Below are positions 61,210-64,000 of a stretch of 64,000 nt of DNA, one piece after another. A model generated the notes under the pieces. That model did not search any database. It was not told where the DNA came from and saw nothing but the letters and a program-made list of their open reading frames with translations. The stretch is taken from the NCBI GenBank assembly GCA_963924565.1, contig OZ004610.1, positions 15,934,001 to 15,998,000 of the forward strand. Reading direction: 5' to 3'. The translations under genes and the position numbers were made by a program. The stretch is from Ascidiella aspersa. Taxonomy: Eukaryota. Positions within the stretch are counted from its first letter, which is position 1, and every line of letters starts with the position of its first letter.

Positions 61210-64000
61210 CTTCACGTTTCTTATGAGGCCAGTCTGGCTTAGCTTTGGTATACTAAGAGCAGTATCACGTGGCTCGATCTTTGTAAGGAGGAAACATAAT
61301 ACGTTTCGACATCGGTGGACGGCGACGAAATATCGCTAACAATACATTGGGCGTGTCAATACAACTCCGTTTTATATTGGTGAATTCCAATTGTGTTGCT
61401 GTTTAATGCATCATCGTCTTCCATTTTCACTTTCTGATCAATGACACGGCAATAGTTATTTGGTAATATATTTGCTTATTTACTATGCATTTTGTTTTAA
61501 ATGTTCGGTCACTATATTTCCAGAATGTTCAAATAAAATTTCAGAAAGATATTATGCAAGTTGTAAAACTCAGGGCTACGTCAGTTGGTAGACTAAGCTT
61601 GCATAAAAGATTGGGGAACCGTAAAAACAATACAAGAAATATCTTGCAAAGCATCGGTGTGTTAAAACCTTTAAGAGTTCCAGAAACTAAAGATGTAACT
61701 ATACTGGATTAACGAAGTATTAAATATTTCCTTAATTCTAACCGATCGAAATACCTTCGAAGATCGAGAGTTTGACTTTAGTAGAGTTGCCAAAAAGTGG
61801 AAGTATAAAAAATACTAATAGAAACACAGTTTGGTGGTTTATTACCTCTTCGTATATTTTCAAGTTGTTGAAGTTGGTCGTGTATATATAAAAGGAATGG
61901 CAATTCGGGATGCTCAAAAACGTACTTTTGCGAAGTAGTTATTTTAAACTGCAAGAACAGAAAAATCCATAGATCCGAGGATCGATTTATAACACCTATA
62001 ACGAAAGAAATTATCATTATGCCAAAGCCTAGCAGCAACGATTACGATGTAAGTAGAAATCTGAGTATAATATTACGGCGTGATCTTCTGCCGTATTTCG
62101 TTTTTCGCCAGCTTGAAAGCGAAAACATGAAATCTAACAAAATGGCCTAAAGCAAGTAAATCACCGATTAAGATTATCTCGGGAATAAAGCTTTTGTATA
62201 AATGTCAACAGGCAGCCGTTAGTTTTCGATGCGACGAGTTGTCATTAACCATTCAGACGATGTTCGCCATTTACATAAATACATTGTATCATTACCAGAA
62301 TTCTAGCGTACCGACAGTGGCAGCAAGTGGCCAATTAGACTTCTTGGATCGTATTTTGCTTGAGCAAATTGCAGTAACGTCGGGAAACACAATCGCGTGT
62401 CATATCGCGAAGCAAATTTTGACACGAATCTTGTTTTGTGACGTCATGGAAGGTATCTATTATCTTTCGAAAGGGCTCGCTGGCGGCCATACAGGCAAGC
62501 ATAAATAGCGGGTGCATGTCAACAAGAGAAGTGTTTTACATACGACTGCAAACAGGAGACACGCAGTGTTATAATTCGTTTGTTGTGAAGAAGGTGTGTG
62601 AAAATTTAGGTGGTAGTATGACGTAATAGTCAAAGCACTAATGCAGTTCGAACATAGGTCATGTCCAAAGAGTGTTTGCTGACTTTTCGGCGAAGCGTAA
62701 AAAGAAATGTGTAAAAGTGTTTAAAAAGGCAGACTGGTTATACTAAGCTATCCCTGTATGTTCGTTCAGTAAGCGAAACAAACAAGTTTCTAAATGAATT
62801 TATTTAGGCGATAGAATGTATGATAAAAAGGTAATAATTCAGGTATTAAAGTGCACCATGCTTGGAAAAAGGGTTTATAGTCGAAATTTTAAAAACATTT
62901 GTTTGGTGAAAATAACGTGTAACCCTATAATAGGTATAGGCTATGTAAAATAAGCACACATTTTGATTGATACTTGGCGAAAATAGCCAACGCATTGGTC
63001 TTATAAAACGTTAAAATGCAAGTTTAACGCTTATATCAAACAAACTATACATTCGCAACGTCGCCAAATTTTCTATATACGAGTAGGCTATATCAAATTG
63101 AAATTTCTACTTGCTTTTTGTTTTCTAAATTAGGATGATAGTATGTAGCAAAGAATAACCCGTCACACAAAAGTTTAAACGATAGTTTTTCTGTCAAAAG
63201 GATCGGCCTCCAGTAATTTTTAGAAATGCTATAGGATCTACCACAGGGATTAGCACTGCAATGACCCAGCCCGAGAGTGGTCGCATGATTAGGTGTAAAT
63301 GTTTTAAACTTTGCACAAAAATTCGATTGTTTTCTTTTTGCAAAATTTATCCTTTCAATATCGCCATCAATGAGGAATATAGATGGTTTACTTTTCGCAA
63401 TGCTTTTAATATGTGGTAACATTTTTGTGCAGATAAAGTAGAGATTAAAATGAATTTTACGATTGAATTGTTGGTGTTTCTTACAGTTTGTTATTTCGGT
63501 AAGTATTATCTTTCTATATTTTGAACGACGTATTTTTTACACATTTTATACCGATAATATCTGACATAGACGCCGTTAATAACGAACCTATTTAGGCGAC
63601 CCAAACAAAACTTTTTGTCAATTTTTGTAAACCGCCACCACATTGTGCGCATTGTGGCATAAAATAAGTTTTGCGAAAAATCCCTGTATATCGTGTAGTA
63701 GAACAATAGTTGACGCATTGGGGCCCATACAGAGAAGCACATTTTTCGATACAGTTGTGCTCATTAAGATAATTTCCGGAACAAAATTTTAGTGTCCCTG
63801 ACGTAAAGCTGCACAAAAAACACGTGAAAAGTAAAATAAATAACGTTTATCTAGTTTAAGGGTGATGTTCACCGTGCTGCAAAATACGTTATGGATTAGC
63901 GGCAAAGCAAAACAATTAACAGCGAAAAGAAGATACCAATTGTTTGCCATCCCAGATAAATGATTAAATATTTTGTCTTTACAGTTGTATGCGCACCACA

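Noticed and set aside
63093-63816. ORFs with a faint resemblance to a decayed mariner transposase
   Set aside because: No clear WVPHEL, YSPDLAP or DD34D motif and no TIRs seen. It would need a profile search.
1-64000. Prokaryotic systems (CRISPR arrays, defence operons), rRNA or tRNA genes
   Set aside because: The sequence is spliceosomal-intron eukaryotic DNA. No repeat-spacer arrays or recognisable tRNA/rRNA were seen.

Overview
AT-rich, intron-dense animal genomic DNA. The compact introns, tight gene packing and hAT-MITE load are suggestive of an invertebrate chordate such as an ascidian, but the taxon is inference only. I assembled three multi-exon genes by hand, all on the minus strand and head-to-tail: an HSPA12-family Hsp70 (about 60349 to 52417, about 766 aa, 5' end uncertain), an M13 neprilysin-like metallopeptidase (52230 to 36594, 15 exons, 736 aa) and UDP-glucose:glycoprotein glucosyltransferase UGGT (31309 to 2027, 34 exons, 1555 aa, ending in HEDL). 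Introns and spacers hold decayed hAT transposases, many hAT MITEs (several nested, with 8-bp NNNTANNN target-site duplications), a long foldback element and Penelope-like retroelement remnants with two minimal hammerhead ribozyme motifs. Three observations stand out. (1) UGGT has a duplicated, frame-incompatible exon pair (27890-27978 and 27628-27719) that looks mutually exclusive, with a 16-bp RNA stem in the intron between them. (2) Only 186 nt separate the HSPA12 stop from the neprilysin ATG, and the gap holds a polyA signal and an unpaired splice acceptor, as expected for a trans-spliced operon. (3) One hammerhead motif sits in a roughly 170-bp solo insertion in a UGGT intron.
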